Below are positions 53,059 to 62,594 of a stretch of DNA of 64,000 nt, in pieces. This stretch comes from Bacillota bacterium (GTDB lineage Bacteria; Bacillota; UBA4882; UBA8346), in the NCBI GenBank assembly GCA_023429995.1, contig JAEZCE010000046.1:27283-91282 (forward strand). Direction: 5' to 3'. Numbering within the stretch: the first letter of the stretch is position 1; each line of letters opens with the position of its first letter. Under the pieces are notes generated by a model. It worked only from the letters and a program-made list of their open reading frames with translations. It was not told the origin of the DNA and made no database searches. The translations under genes and the position numbers were made by a program.

Positions 53059-53131
53059 CGCCTCTGCGCGAAAACAAATAGGCGGCTTAAGTCGAACCAA
53101 GCTGATTTATTTTTATAACCATGTTATCTTA
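53059..53131. repeat. Copy 2 of the dispersed element of about 70 nt (first copy at 33291-33360)
   Basis: See 33291-33360. Here the element overlaps the last two codons and the stop of the DinB-family gene. Confidence 0.6.
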
Positions 53132-53816
53132 AATGAAGCGCTCGACATTTTCCTTTCAAACGAATCGAATCATGGATGTGAACCATTTGATGCCGGGTTA
53201 CCGGCATCAGTAATATACCGGCTACATTTTTCCTGCCCCAAAAATCAACCAGCCATTTAGAGTCGGGATGTTCCAGGACCGCCCCTTCCTCCAATATCCT
53301 GGCGAGATTTTGGGGATTATTCATCTTCCTTTTCAAATCAACTGCTTTGAATCCCGAGATAATTTCCCGGGTTTTTCGGCCCACCGCAATTCGATAATTA
53401 CGCAACGCCTGCATATTAAGACGGGAGCTGAAATCCACGATCTCTTCATCGGTCATTGCATTTCCCGTATCCTGAATCTGAACATTCATTTTTTCCAGCC
53501 ATTTTTCACTATGAATGACTTGGGCTTGACTCGCCACCAAAATATTCATGGTGATGTCTTCGATCCTGGCCAAATGCCATAAGTTCCAGGCAATCGTTCT
53601 ATCTTTCAGAGTCGGTTTGCAGCGAAATGACTTTTCATCCAAGCCTTCCCACACTTCATCTTCAAAGGTTGATGTTTTACCGGACGACATCTCTGATGAA
53701 TGAACCATGGCATGGAGTTCCAGGCATAGATTGATGGCCTCCTCAAACCGCTCCGGTTTTAAAACGATGCTCTTCAATAATTGATGTTGCTCTCCCCAGG
53801 ATTTTTGATTGATCAT
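53124..53816 (-). CDS. DinB-superfamily (four-helix-bundle metalloenzyme-like) protein
   Basis: WNLWHLARIED and C-terminal H-containing helices typical of DinB/DinB_2. The start overlaps the tautomerase stop by 4 nt. Confidence 0.65.
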   Translation of the reverse strand: MINQKSWGEQHQLLKSIVLKPERFEEAINLCLELHAMVHSSEMSSGKTSTFEDEVWEGLDEKSFRCKPTLKDRTIAWNLWHLARIEDITMNILVASQAQVIHSEKWLEKMNVQIQDTGNAMTDEEIVDFSSRLNMQALRNYRIAVGRKTREIISGFKAVDLKRKMNNPQNLARILEEGAVLEHPDSKWLVDFWGRKNVAGILLMPVTRHQMVHIHDSIRLKGKCRALHLR

Positions 53817-54214
53817 TTTTTATTCCTTACGGTCATGGGGATGCCATCCAAGCCCCAGGCGTCGGGATTCAGTTCATCCATGATAAAATAATTGGTCTCT
53901 TCCGAGTTGCCTAAAACATCGATCATCAATTTTTTTGTCTCTTGCATCATTTTGGCCATTTCTTCCGGATTGCTGGTCCCCTTGGAAATTTTGATGTTGA
54001 CAAAGGATACCTTACGGGCGTCATCATTCAGCTCTTCAAGGGTTTTTCCGCCGATAGCCCATTGATTCTTTTCCAATTCGTCAACGGTTATCACCGTAAA
54101 ATCTCTTTTTCTTCCCATTACGTTTCCAATCAATTCCGTCAAGCCCTTTATGATATTCTGTCTTTGTTCCGGAGTGGTTTGCCCTTTCACAAGCTTTAAA
54201 TTAACATACGGCAT
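53813..54214 (-). CDS. Tandem-fused 4-oxalocrotonate-tautomerase-family protein (two 4-OT units, Pro1)
   Basis: MPYVNLKLVKGQTTPEQRQNIIKGLTELI and a second unit VSFVNIKISKGTSNPEEMAKMMQETKKLM. The catalytic Pro follows the initiator Met. Confidence 0.75.
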   Translation of the reverse strand: MPYVNLKLVKGQTTPEQRQNIIKGLTELIGNVMGRKRDFTVITVDELEKNQWAIGGKTLEELNDDARKVSFVNIKISKGTSNPEEMAKMMQETKKLMIDVLGNSEETNYFIMDELNPDAWGLDGIPMTVRNKK

Positions 54215-54237
54215 TTTTTCTTACCCCCTGCTTTACT

Positions 54238-54792
54238 TTATTCGATGACGAATACAGCAGTATTTTGAAATCCGTAATCGCCGTCGCCATAAACACTTAA
54301 ATATTCAGGCGCCATATAATCTTTCACCGCGGACTCCTTATCATGGACTCTTTTGAAACCGGCTTTTTCATAAGCCCGAATCGCCCGGGTATTTTTTTCC
54401 GAGGGACGGATCATAAACTTTTCAATTCCTTTTTCCATTTTTAAATACTCGATCAGTTTTCTTAAGGCGGCAGTTCCATAACCTTTCCCGCATTTCTCCT
54501 TTTTATTAAGCCAAATATCCAGTTCGGCCCAGTTGGATTGCAAATGAAAACAGGCGTAACATAAACAGCCGATTTCTTCTTGTTCGTGGGAAATAATCAT
54601 CACGGAGCCAAGTTCCTGATGCTCCGTCTGATAATAAAAATCCTCAAAATTATTTTGAAATTGATCCCAATCAAGAATCGGGTTTTCGGGGTAATCGGGT
54701 TCTCCCATGTGCAACCCGGCTGTATCGGATAAACTAAGCCACTCGAATGTTTTATATTTTTCAGCGAGGTTTGCATGTCTTATCGTAATCAT
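54238..54792 (-). CDS. GNAT-family N-acetyltransferase
   Basis: Motif A is GKGYGTAALRKLIEYL and motif B is YEKAGF. AAGGGGAGAG precedes the ATG at 54792. Confidence 0.8.
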   Translation of the reverse strand: MITIRHANLAEKYKTFEWLSLSDTAGLHMGEPDYPENPILDWDQFQNNFEDFYYQTEHQELGSVMIISHEQEEIGCLCYACFHLQSNWAELDIWLNKKEKCGKGYGTAALRKLIEYLKMEKGIEKFMIRPSEKNTRAIRAYEKAGFKRVHDKESAVKDYMAPEYLSVYGDGDYGFQNTAVFVIE

Positions 54793-54838
54793 AAACCATC
54801 TCTCCCCTTTACATTGAAGTGAATTCAATGAATCAAAC

Positions 54839-57022
54839 TTAACCCACCACCAACCGGGTCTTTAAAAGGTCCTGATCTCTGGAGCTTGAACCGACCATCA
54901 CCGTAAATTCCCCCGGTTCGATCCAATACTTTTCCTCAGCAGTCACGATCCATAAATCCAAAGTGGATAATGGGATTTCAACCCTTTGCGTTTCCCCTTT
55001 TGGAATCTTAACCTTTTTAAATCCCTTCAGCTGTTTGACCGGAGTAACCACCGAACTCACCATGTCTTGCACGTAAAGTTGAACCGTCTCCATTCCGTCA
55101 ACCGCTCCACTATTGGTGACATCAACCTGAACCGTAACCGAATCTCCAGGCAGGCAATGATCTTTGGACAGGGTTAGGTTGGCATATTGAAAATGGGTAT
55201 AGGATAATCCATATCCAAAGCTGAAAAGGGGAGAATCCGGCATGTCCATATATTGGGCAGGGCCGTGCCAACCGGGAAGCTGATTATAATAAACAGGAAG
55301 TTGCCCGGTATGGTAGGGGAAAGATATACTCAGTTTACCGCTGGGGTTAATCTCTCCAAATAAAATTTCCGCTGCGGCTTGTCCTCCCAAGGCCCCGGAA
55401 TTGAAGGTTTCCAAAATCGCATCGGCTTGTTCCGCCACCTCGGGGATGGCCAGCGGTTTCCCATTCACCAATATGACAACCAACGGTTTGCCCAACTCTT
55501 TCAACCCTTTGATCAACAATGATTGAGCACCGGAGAGACTTAAATCCGCCCGATCCTTGATCTCGCCGTTTTGGGCCAGGCAATCGCCTATAACCGCAAT
55601 GATGACCTCAGCCCCGGATGCCAGTTTTACCGCCGCTTCGATATTCTGAGAATCAGCATCCATGATATCGCAGCCTTTGTCATATAAAACTTCAATCCTC
55701 CGCACTTCAGCCAAATTCTTGATTCCGGTCAGCATGGTCTGGTGTGGGGCCAACGGCACCGCATGGGGATTGGGATCGGGATGGGAGAAAAATGTCCAAT
55801 CTCCGAACTGGGCCTGGATGTCATCGGCATTGGGGCCGATCACGGCAATTCGTTTCAAATGGCTGCCGAGGGGAAGAATATGGTTTTCATTCTTCAGAAG
55901 CACCATGGACTCACGGGTGATCTGTAAATTTTGCTCTTGGTGTTCCGGACAATTAAAGATCGCCGCATCAACACTAAATTGAGCCCGGCGTTTTTGATCG
56001 AAAAGACCTAGCGCGAATTTAACGGTCAAAATCCGCTTTACCGATTCATTGATATAGCTCTCGGGAATAAGGCCTTTTTGGGCCAACTTGAACGCAGAGT
56101 CATAAAAAACGTTGGTATTCATAATCATATCATTACCGGCCGCCACGGCTTTTTGAGCGGCCTCGTCCATATCTGAAGCCAGATGCTGAGTCGTAACCAG
56201 ACTACCGGTATTATTCCAATCCGTTACCACAAAACCCTTGAAGCCAATCTCTTCTTTTAATATTTTCCGCAGTATTTTAGGGTTTGCCGACACCGGAGTT
56301 CCATCAATGGACTGATACCCGGCCATAAAAGTCGCGCATCCGGCATCTATAGCCTTTTGAAAAGGGGGTAAAAAGATGGAACGGATACTCCGGGTGGAGA
56401 CCTCCGAATCGTATGAATCCCGTCCGCCTGTGCTTTCGCCGTAAGCCAAAAAATGTTTGGCGCAGGCCAGGATGCTGTCCGGGTCAGCCAAAGATTTTCC
56501 CTGATAGCCTTTGATAATCGCCGCTCCAAGGACTCCGATTAAATACGGATCCTCGCCGAAGGTTTCATCGATCCGGCCCCACCGCAAATCCCGGCCGATA
56601 CACAAAACCGGAGAAAAAGTCCAGTGTAGGCCGTCCGCTGCAACCTCCCGGGCGGTAACCCGCCCGACTGTTTCCAGCGCGCTTTGGTTCCAACTGCATG
56701 ATAAGGCCAATTGGGATGGAAATACGGTGGCCCGGGTATTCAGGGCATGTCCATGAATGGCGTCAATTCCAAACAATATCGGAATCCCATGCGGGGTTGA
56801 TTCGGTAAGTTCCTGGAGGCGCCTGGCGTTATCGCCGAGTACATGTAAAAAAGAACCGGCAAATTTTTGGGTGACCCAGTCCTCGGCCTCACTCGGGCTA
56901 ACCTGGTTGTAACTGACCTGGAGCATTTGACCGATCTTTTCTTCAAGCGACAGTTTGGAAAGTAAGTCGTTAACCCGTTGTTCGATAGGAAGTGAGGAAT
57001 TTTGATAGCCAGGCGTCGTCAT
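54839..57022 (-). CDS. Glycoside hydrolase family 3 (beta-glucosidase/BglX-like)
   Basis: LEEKIGQM, the GFVVTDW nucleophile region and a C-terminal fibronectin-like domain. There is no signal peptide. Confidence 0.9.
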   Translation of the reverse strand: MTTPGYQNSSLPIEQRVNDLLSKLSLEEKIGQMLQVSYNQVSPSEAEDWVTQKFAGSFLHVLGDNARRLQELTESTPHGIPILFGIDAIHGHALNTRATVFPSQLALSCSWNQSALETVGRVTAREVAADGLHWTFSPVLCIGRDLRWGRIDETFGEDPYLIGVLGAAIIKGYQGKSLADPDSILACAKHFLAYGESTGGRDSYDSEVSTRSIRSIFLPPFQKAIDAGCATFMAGYQSIDGTPVSANPKILRKILKEEIGFKGFVVTDWNNTGSLVTTQHLASDMDEAAQKAVAAGNDMIMNTNVFYDSAFKLAQKGLIPESYINESVKRILTVKFALGLFDQKRRAQFSVDAAIFNCPEHQEQNLQITRESMVLLKNENHILPLGSHLKRIAVIGPNADDIQAQFGDWTFFSHPDPNPHAVPLAPHQTMLTGIKNLAEVRRIEVLYDKGCDIMDADSQNIEAAVKLASGAEVIIAVIGDCLAQNGEIKDRADLSLSGAQSLLIKGLKELGKPLVVILVNGKPLAIPEVAEQADAILETFNSGALGGQAAAEILFGEINPSGKLSISFPYHTGQLPVYYNQLPGWHGPAQYMDMPDSPLFSFGYGLSYTHFQYANLTLSKDHCLPGDSVTVQVDVTNSGAVDGMETVQLYVQDMVSSVVTPVKQLKGFKKVKIPKGETQRVEIPLSTLDLWIVTAEEKYWIEPGEFTVMVGSSSRDQDLLKTRLVVG

Positions 57023-57125
57023 GTTTGTTTCATCCTTTTTGGAGAAATTTTAAACCTGTTTACTAATAATATGCCGAATAATCTTTAAAATCAATTCTAT
57101 TCTATTGTTTTTTGATATATTAGTC

Positions 57126-57168
57126 AAAAACTATTTAACCCCGGATAAGCCGGGGTTAAATAGTTTTT
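57126..57168. terminator. Strong bidirectional terminator between GH31 and GH3
   Basis: AAAAACTATTTAACCCCGG (57126-57144) pairs with CCGGGGTTAAATAGTTTTT (57150-57168) in a 19-bp stem. Confidence 0.7.
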
Positions 57169-57304
57169 TTATAACAAACGGGATTAAACACTTATCTATT
57201 TAGCTGAAATGTTGGTCCACCCCAGGACAACACTTTCATTAAACATATGAAGTGGTTAACTTTATTTTTTTGAAACGATAAGATCTGAGCTTGTCCATAT
57301 ATCT

Positions 57305-59308
57305 TTAAATATAAATCGGCAACTTCATTCCATCTCGTAAAAAAACCGAAATGACTCCGATTGGCGCATCACTTTCTATCCATTGGCCACCCTGATGGAT
57401 AAGTCCGCTATGAACTTCTTCCCACTTAGTTCCTGCAGGCAAATATACTTTTCTTGAACGCATCCCTTCATAAAGTACCGGCGCCACCATAATATCGGGT
57501 CCGAACATTAATTGGTCTTCAATGTCCCAACTTTCTTTATCATCCGGGAAATCATAGAATAGCGGCCGCATCGGAGGAGTGCCTTTTTCATGGGCTGCAG
57601 TCATTATCTTTGTAATATATGGACGTAATTGCTCCCGGATTTCCAAATATTTTTTAAAAATCAGGTAAGCTTCTTCACCATAACTCCAGACTTCATTGGC
57701 GGCGCCACTTCCGAATAATCCTCCTCCGGAACCTGACAAAGGAGCGGAATGGGGTTCCCGATCACCGTGAAGGCGAAGAACCGGGCAAAAAGTCGCATAC
57801 TGGAACCAACGGATAATGCATTCCCGAAAAGCGGGGTCTTCCGGATTACCTCCGTGAAAGCCTCCAATATCTGTTGTCCACCAGGAAATCCCTGCCAATC
57901 CCATATTTAATCCGGCTTTGACCTGGTTTCTTAAAGAAGCGAAACTTGAATCGATGTCCCCCGACCAAACCAATGCTCCATAACGCTGGCTACCCGCCCA
58001 GGCGCAACGGAGCAGGTTTAAAATGTTTTTCTGTCCCGACTGAGCCATTCCTTCATAGAAGGTCTTGGCATGCATCACCGGGTAAATATTGCCGATTTCC
58101 AAATCGGAGCCAAGGTAATAACGGTAATTCTCATAATCATACACCGTATATTCCGGTTCCGCTTCGTCCAACCAAAAGATTTTAATGCCCTTGTCATAAT
58201 AATTTTGCTTGGCTTTCCGCCATACAAACTCACGGGCCTCCGGATGGGTGGCATCATAAAAAACCGTATCGCCTTCAAAATCCATGCTAACCCGTATACC
58301 GCGTTCGGTTCGGATTAGGTAGCCTTTTTGCAGCATCTCCTGGAAATTTTCACTGGTTTTATCGACTGTGGGCCAAATTGAGACCATCAATTCAACACCC
58401 ATCTCTTTTAGCTCACGAACCATACCCTCCGGGTCAGGCCAGTATTCCATATCAAACTTCCATTCCCCCTGTTTGGTCCAATGGAAGAAATCGATAACAA
58501 TCACCGAAAGGGGCAACCCCCGGCGTTTGTACTCCCTGGCTACCTCGAGCAGTTCTTCCTGGGTCTGATAGCGCAGTTTGCACTGCCAAAAACCCATGCC
58601 ATAATCGGGCATCATCGGAACAGTTCCGGTTGCTTTGGCATAGGCCTCTTCGATTTCCGAAGGCGAATCCCCGGCGGTGATCCAATAGTCCAACTGTTTG
58701 GTGGAATCGGCAACCCACTCTGTAATATTCTTTCCAAAAGTAACCTTGCCAATGGCCGGATTGTTCCACAAAAAGCCATAACCCAGGCTGGACAGGGCAA
58801 AGGGGACACTTGCCTGTGAATTTCTATGGGCTAACTCCAAAGTACAATTTTTCACATTCAAATACGGTTGTTGGTATTGGCCCATCCCGAAAATTTTCTC
58901 CCGCGGGTCGGACTCCAGTCGCAGAGTCAGCTGATAATTACCGCCCATCATCGGTTTCAATTCACGGGCGGTGATATTCAGCGCACTGCAGAACTCCCGG
59001 ATATCGTCCCGGTTTCTCACATATTCCTCTAGCAAAATTTCACTTTTCTGATTATAAAACGTTATCTTCCCTGCAGCAGAAACTGTGGCCCTGATTTTTC
59101 CGTTTTTTAAAACTGCAGTCCGGCCGGTTATCGAAATTTCGCCGGTAGACGATGCTGGTGGAAGTAATGCCCAATCCTCGGATTGCATAGCTGCAAAGTG
59201 GGTAGCCCGCACTCGCAAACTATTTTCTCCCCACGGCTCAATCCACAATTTCTCATTATCATACTGGCAAACGAGACGATGGCCCTCGATTTTAAAAATA
59301 TACTCCAA
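57305..59308 (-). CDS. Glycoside hydrolase family 31 (alpha-xylosidase/alpha-glucosidase type)
   Basis: GIKIFWLDEAEPE (nucleophile region) and WSGDI/TTDIGGF motifs. Cytoplasmic, 667 aa. Confidence 0.88.
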   Translation of the reverse strand: MEYIFKIEGHRLVCQYDNEKLWIEPWGENSLRVRATHFAAMQSEDWALLPPASSTGEISITGRTAVLKNGKIRATVSAAGKITFYNQKSEILLEEYVRNRDDIREFCSALNITARELKPMMGGNYQLTLRLESDPREKIFGMGQYQQPYLNVKNCTLELAHRNSQASVPFALSSLGYGFLWNNPAIGKVTFGKNITEWVADSTKQLDYWITAGDSPSEIEEAYAKATGTVPMMPDYGMGFWQCKLRYQTQEELLEVAREYKRRGLPLSVIVIDFFHWTKQGEWKFDMEYWPDPEGMVRELKEMGVELMVSIWPTVDKTSENFQEMLQKGYLIRTERGIRVSMDFEGDTVFYDATHPEAREFVWRKAKQNYYDKGIKIFWLDEAEPEYTVYDYENYRYYLGSDLEIGNIYPVMHAKTFYEGMAQSGQKNILNLLRCAWAGSQRYGALVWSGDIDSSFASLRNQVKAGLNMGLAGISWWTTDIGGFHGGNPEDPAFRECIIRWFQYATFCPVLRLHGDREPHSAPLSGSGGGLFGSGAANEVWSYGEEAYLIFKKYLEIREQLRPYITKIMTAAHEKGTPPMRPLFYDFPDDKESWDIEDQLMFGPDIMVAPVLYEGMRSRKVYLPAGTKWEEVHSGLIHQGGQWIESDAPIGVISVFLRDGMKLPIYI

Positions 59309-59376
59309 TTTATTGCCCCCCTTGTAAACTTGCTCGATATTTCTTTCAAAACCGATTTCTTTCAGCCCTTGAATGA

Positions 59377-60219
59377 TTACCCCTTGACTGCGCCACTGGT
59401 CAATCCGGTAATGATATACTTTTGCATGAAAATAAAAACCATCACCACCGGGAAGACGGTTAAAGCGCCGAAAGCCATCACCCGGTTCCAGGAAACGCCA
59501 TACTGCCCGATGAAGTTATAGATTCCGGCGGTCATCGGCATTAAATTCGGTTGATTCATAAAAGTATTGGCGTAAATCAAGTCGCCCCAGGCAAAAAGGA
59601 AGGAAAAAACCGCTATCACAATGATACCCGGCCTGGCAATGGGCAACATGATTCTCCAAAAAGCGCTGAAGGCATTGCATCCATCCACTCTGGCCGAATC
59701 ATCCAATTCTTTGGGAATGGATAAAAAGTAGGTCCGCAACATCAAGACGGAAAAAGGAATTCCCAGAGTCGCATCGGCGATAATCGGACCACAATAGGTG
59801 TTATAAAACTGGAATTTATTAAAAATAATAAATAATGGGGTCAAAATCAAGGTGGCCGGTAACATTTGCGTGATTAAAAACGATAGAATGAGAATTTTCC
59901 GGCCCCGGAAATTAAAGCGGGCCAGTCCGTAAGCAGCCGTTACAGATAGCGCCAAACTGATTATCATCGCGCCCGACGAGATTACACAACTGTTCAAAAA
60001 CGAACGGAGCATGTTATATTGACCCTTAAATTGATCGATATAGGGCGCTAAATATAAGCGGGACGGAAACAATGTCGGGGGGGATTTAAAAATCTCCGCC
60101 TCCATTTTGAATGAGCTTGACAATAACCAAAACAAGGGAAATAAGAAGACGATGGCAATGATGATGCTTAAAACATTTTGATAAACCATGGCGGATTCGG
60201 TTTCTTGACGGCTTTTCAT
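59377..60219 (-). CDS. Carbohydrate ABC transporter permease (MalG-like)
   Basis: 6 TM with the EAA loop (ELDDSARVDGCNAFSAFWRIMLPIARPG). Confidence 0.88.
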   Translation of the reverse strand: MKSRQETESAMVYQNVLSIIIAIVFLFPLFWLLSSSFKMEAEIFKSPPTLFPSRLYLAPYIDQFKGQYNMLRSFLNSCVISSGAMIISLALSVTAAYGLARFNFRGRKILILSFLITQMLPATLILTPLFIIFNKFQFYNTYCGPIIADATLGIPFSVLMLRTYFLSIPKELDDSARVDGCNAFSAFWRIMLPIARPGIIVIAVFSFLFAWGDLIYANTFMNQPNLMPMTAGIYNFIGQYGVSWNRVMAFGALTVFPVVMVFIFMQKYIITGLTSGAVKG

Positions 60220-60220
60220 G

Positions 60221-61129
60221 CTACATCGTCTCCTCTTCTTTAATGGTTCGTAAATACCCCAAACTTACAATGAAAAGTATGATAAATAAGATATTGGCCA
60301 CGGCAGCCCCTTTACTGAAGCTGAATTCGGTAAACGAGAGCCGGTAAGAGAAAGTTGAAAGGACTTCTGTTGCGTTTACCGGCCCGCCTTTGGTCATCAC
60401 ATACACCAAATCGAATACTTTAAAAGTGTAAATAAATCCCAAAATCAACACCGACTGGATCGCCGGTTTTAATAAGGGGACTGTTATGTGGATGAATTGT
60501 TGCCGTTTATTGGCCCCGTCGATACTGGCGCTTTCATAGACATCCTGGGGAATGGTGCTTAGCCCGGTAATTAAAAGAATCATATTAAAAGGAATTCCAA
60601 TCCAAATGTTGGTAATGATTAGAGCCCACAAAGCCGTTACGGGCTGCAATAACCATTCAATGGGTTGGCGCAACAAATGGGCGCCGACCAGAAATTCATT
60701 AATAATCCCCCCATTGGTACTGAAAATAAACTTAAAAATCAGCCCGGTAATGGTTATCGGCATTAACCAAGCCACCATCATCAATCCCCGGATACTTTTA
60801 GCCAAACGAAACGACTTGTTAAAAAATATCGCCAGCGCAAATCCAATTGTAAATTGAAAAACAATACAAGCAACCGTGTAATAAAGCGTGTTGATGACCG
60901 TCGTCTTCAGGACAGGGTCGGCCATGAGTTGTATGTAATTACGGAAACCGTTCCATTCCTTCACCGGATTATTAAATGTCATTACGCTTACATCCTGAAA
61001 ACTAAGTATCAAATTATAGAGAATCGGATAACCGATGAAAACCGCCATAAAAAGTAAAGCCGGTAAAACGAATAGAAAACCGATCGATTGTCCTTTTTGA
61101 AAGCTATCCTTCATTTTTGTCACCACCAT
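60221..61129 (-). CDS. Carbohydrate ABC transporter permease (MalF-like)
   Basis: 6 TM with the EAA loop (YESASIDGANKRQQFIHITVPLLKP). The alternative start is at 61114. Confidence 0.88.
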   Translation of the reverse strand: MVVTKMKDSFQKGQSIGFLFVLPALLFMAVFIGYPILYNLILSFQDVSVMTFNNPVKEWNGFRNYIQLMADPVLKTTVINTLYYTVACIVFQFTIGFALAIFFNKSFRLAKSIRGLMMVAWLMPITITGLIFKFIFSTNGGIINEFLVGAHLLRQPIEWLLQPVTALWALIITNIWIGIPFNMILLITGLSTIPQDVYESASIDGANKRQQFIHITVPLLKPAIQSVLILGFIYTFKVFDLVYVMTKGGPVNATEVLSTFSYRLSFTEFSFSKGAAVANILFIILFIVSLGYLRTIKEEETM

Positions 61130-61263
61130 AATGCAGCATTTGATCTATGCCAGCAATTTCTGAAACTTATCTCTAAAAGAACTTGCCGGATTGAGTTTAA
61201 ATAAATTGGAGTACATGTCGCCACATACTCCAATTTTCAATCCTGTCTCCATCTAAATTCAAT

Positions 61264-62466
61264 TCATTTCAAAACTCCCGCCACTTTGAGCTGTGCATCT
61301 TTACCTGCTTGGGCAGGAGTTTTCGCCCCTGTCAATACTTCTTGAAGAGCAGTCGACATTGCGTTGGAAATTTCAGGCCATTTAGGATGGGGTCCACGCG
61401 GCATGGCGTATTTCATCTCGTCCATGAAGACCCGCATAATCGGATCCTGCGTCCAGGCCTTATCGGTTGCTACATCCTGGCGGGGAGGAAACATATTATA
61501 CCTTAATTCATACTCTTTAACGATTTTAGGATCAGCCGCAAACTCTAAAAATTTACAGGCCGCCTTAATATTATTCCCTTTGACGACACCCAAATTTTCT
61601 CCGCCAAGAACGGAAGCATAGACCTTATCCTTGGGGATCTTAACCACACTCCACTTCATATCGGGGGCATCGCTTTTAACAGCTGGAATATTCCAAGGAC
61701 CATTCACCATCATGGCCAGTTTCCCGGCGGCGAATTGTTTCTCAACATCGGCCTGGGTCCAGTTGATCACTTCTTTGGGCATCGAACCGTCTTTTACGAG
61801 ATTACTCAAAACTGTAAAAGAATTGATTGCTTGTTTACTATCTAATTTATCGATTTTGGCGCCTGAAGATAGTAGCCAGGGCAAAAACTGGAACGTACCC
61901 TCCTCCGATTTCACCGCTGAGATTCCCAATCCATAAACACCATTGCCTGATAATTTCTTGGCCGCAGCGCGTAATTCAATCCAGGTTGTCGGCGGATTCA
62001 CACCGGCTTTTTTAAGCATATCGATGTTGTAAAAAAGAGCGAGACAGTTACTGGTAAAAGGAATTCCGTAACATTTTCCGTTTAAAGACGCAGATTTCCA
62101 AGGGCCCGGGAAAAATTGTTTTGACCATTTTGAAACATACGGGGTCACATCGGCAAATAGACCCATTTGAGCGTATGCCGCATGATCGGGATTATCAATA
62201 ACCACCAAATCCGGTAATTTACCGGCGGCCATACCAATCGAAAGTTGTTTTTTAAAATCAGCAAAAGGGACATAGACATGAGAAACTTCCATGTCAGACT
62301 GGGATTTATTAAAAGTTTCGCAAATCCAGTCAAAAGTCTCCAATTGGGATTTACCTTCCATATAAGACCAGAGAATCAGTTTGGTTTTGGCTGAAGCCGC
62401 TCCGCTGAACGCGATGAGGGCAATAAGTAGAACAACCGTCATTACAAGGAAAACTCTCTTTTTCAT
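61264..62466 (-). CDS. Extracellular solute-binding protein family 1 (oligosaccharide-binding)
   Basis: Signal peptide followed by a SBP_bac_1-like layout (LILWSY..., NGPWN). Confidence 0.85.
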   Translation of the reverse strand: MKKRVFLVMTVVLLIALIAFSGAASAKTKLILWSYMEGKSQLETFDWICETFNKSQSDMEVSHVYVPFADFKKQLSIGMAAGKLPDLVVIDNPDHAAYAQMGLFADVTPYVSKWSKQFFPGPWKSASLNGKCYGIPFTSNCLALFYNIDMLKKAGVNPPTTWIELRAAAKKLSGNGVYGLGISAVKSEEGTFQFLPWLLSSGAKIDKLDSKQAINSFTVLSNLVKDGSMPKEVINWTQADVEKQFAAGKLAMMVNGPWNIPAVKSDAPDMKWSVVKIPKDKVYASVLGGENLGVVKGNNIKAACKFLEFAADPKIVKEYELRYNMFPPRQDVATDKAWTQDPIMRVFMDEMKYAMPRGPHPKWPEISNAMSTALQEVLTGAKTPAQAGKDAQLKVAGVLK

Positions 62467-62594
62467 TGATTGCCTCCCAGATTCTAAATTTAATTTAACC
62501 GGAACCGGTGCGCACCTTTCTCTTTTACTATAAGGGAATAGGCCGTCTTGCGAAATTCTAAATTTGTAAAGAAGGTGTAAAAATGTAATGTCAT

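Noticed and set aside
52774-53100. 108-aa minus-strand ORF in the PKS leader.
   Set aside because: It has no RBS and no recognisable domain, and it reads through repeat copy 2 and GC-rich hairpins. I treat it as non-coding leader, although short-peptide coding cannot be excluded.
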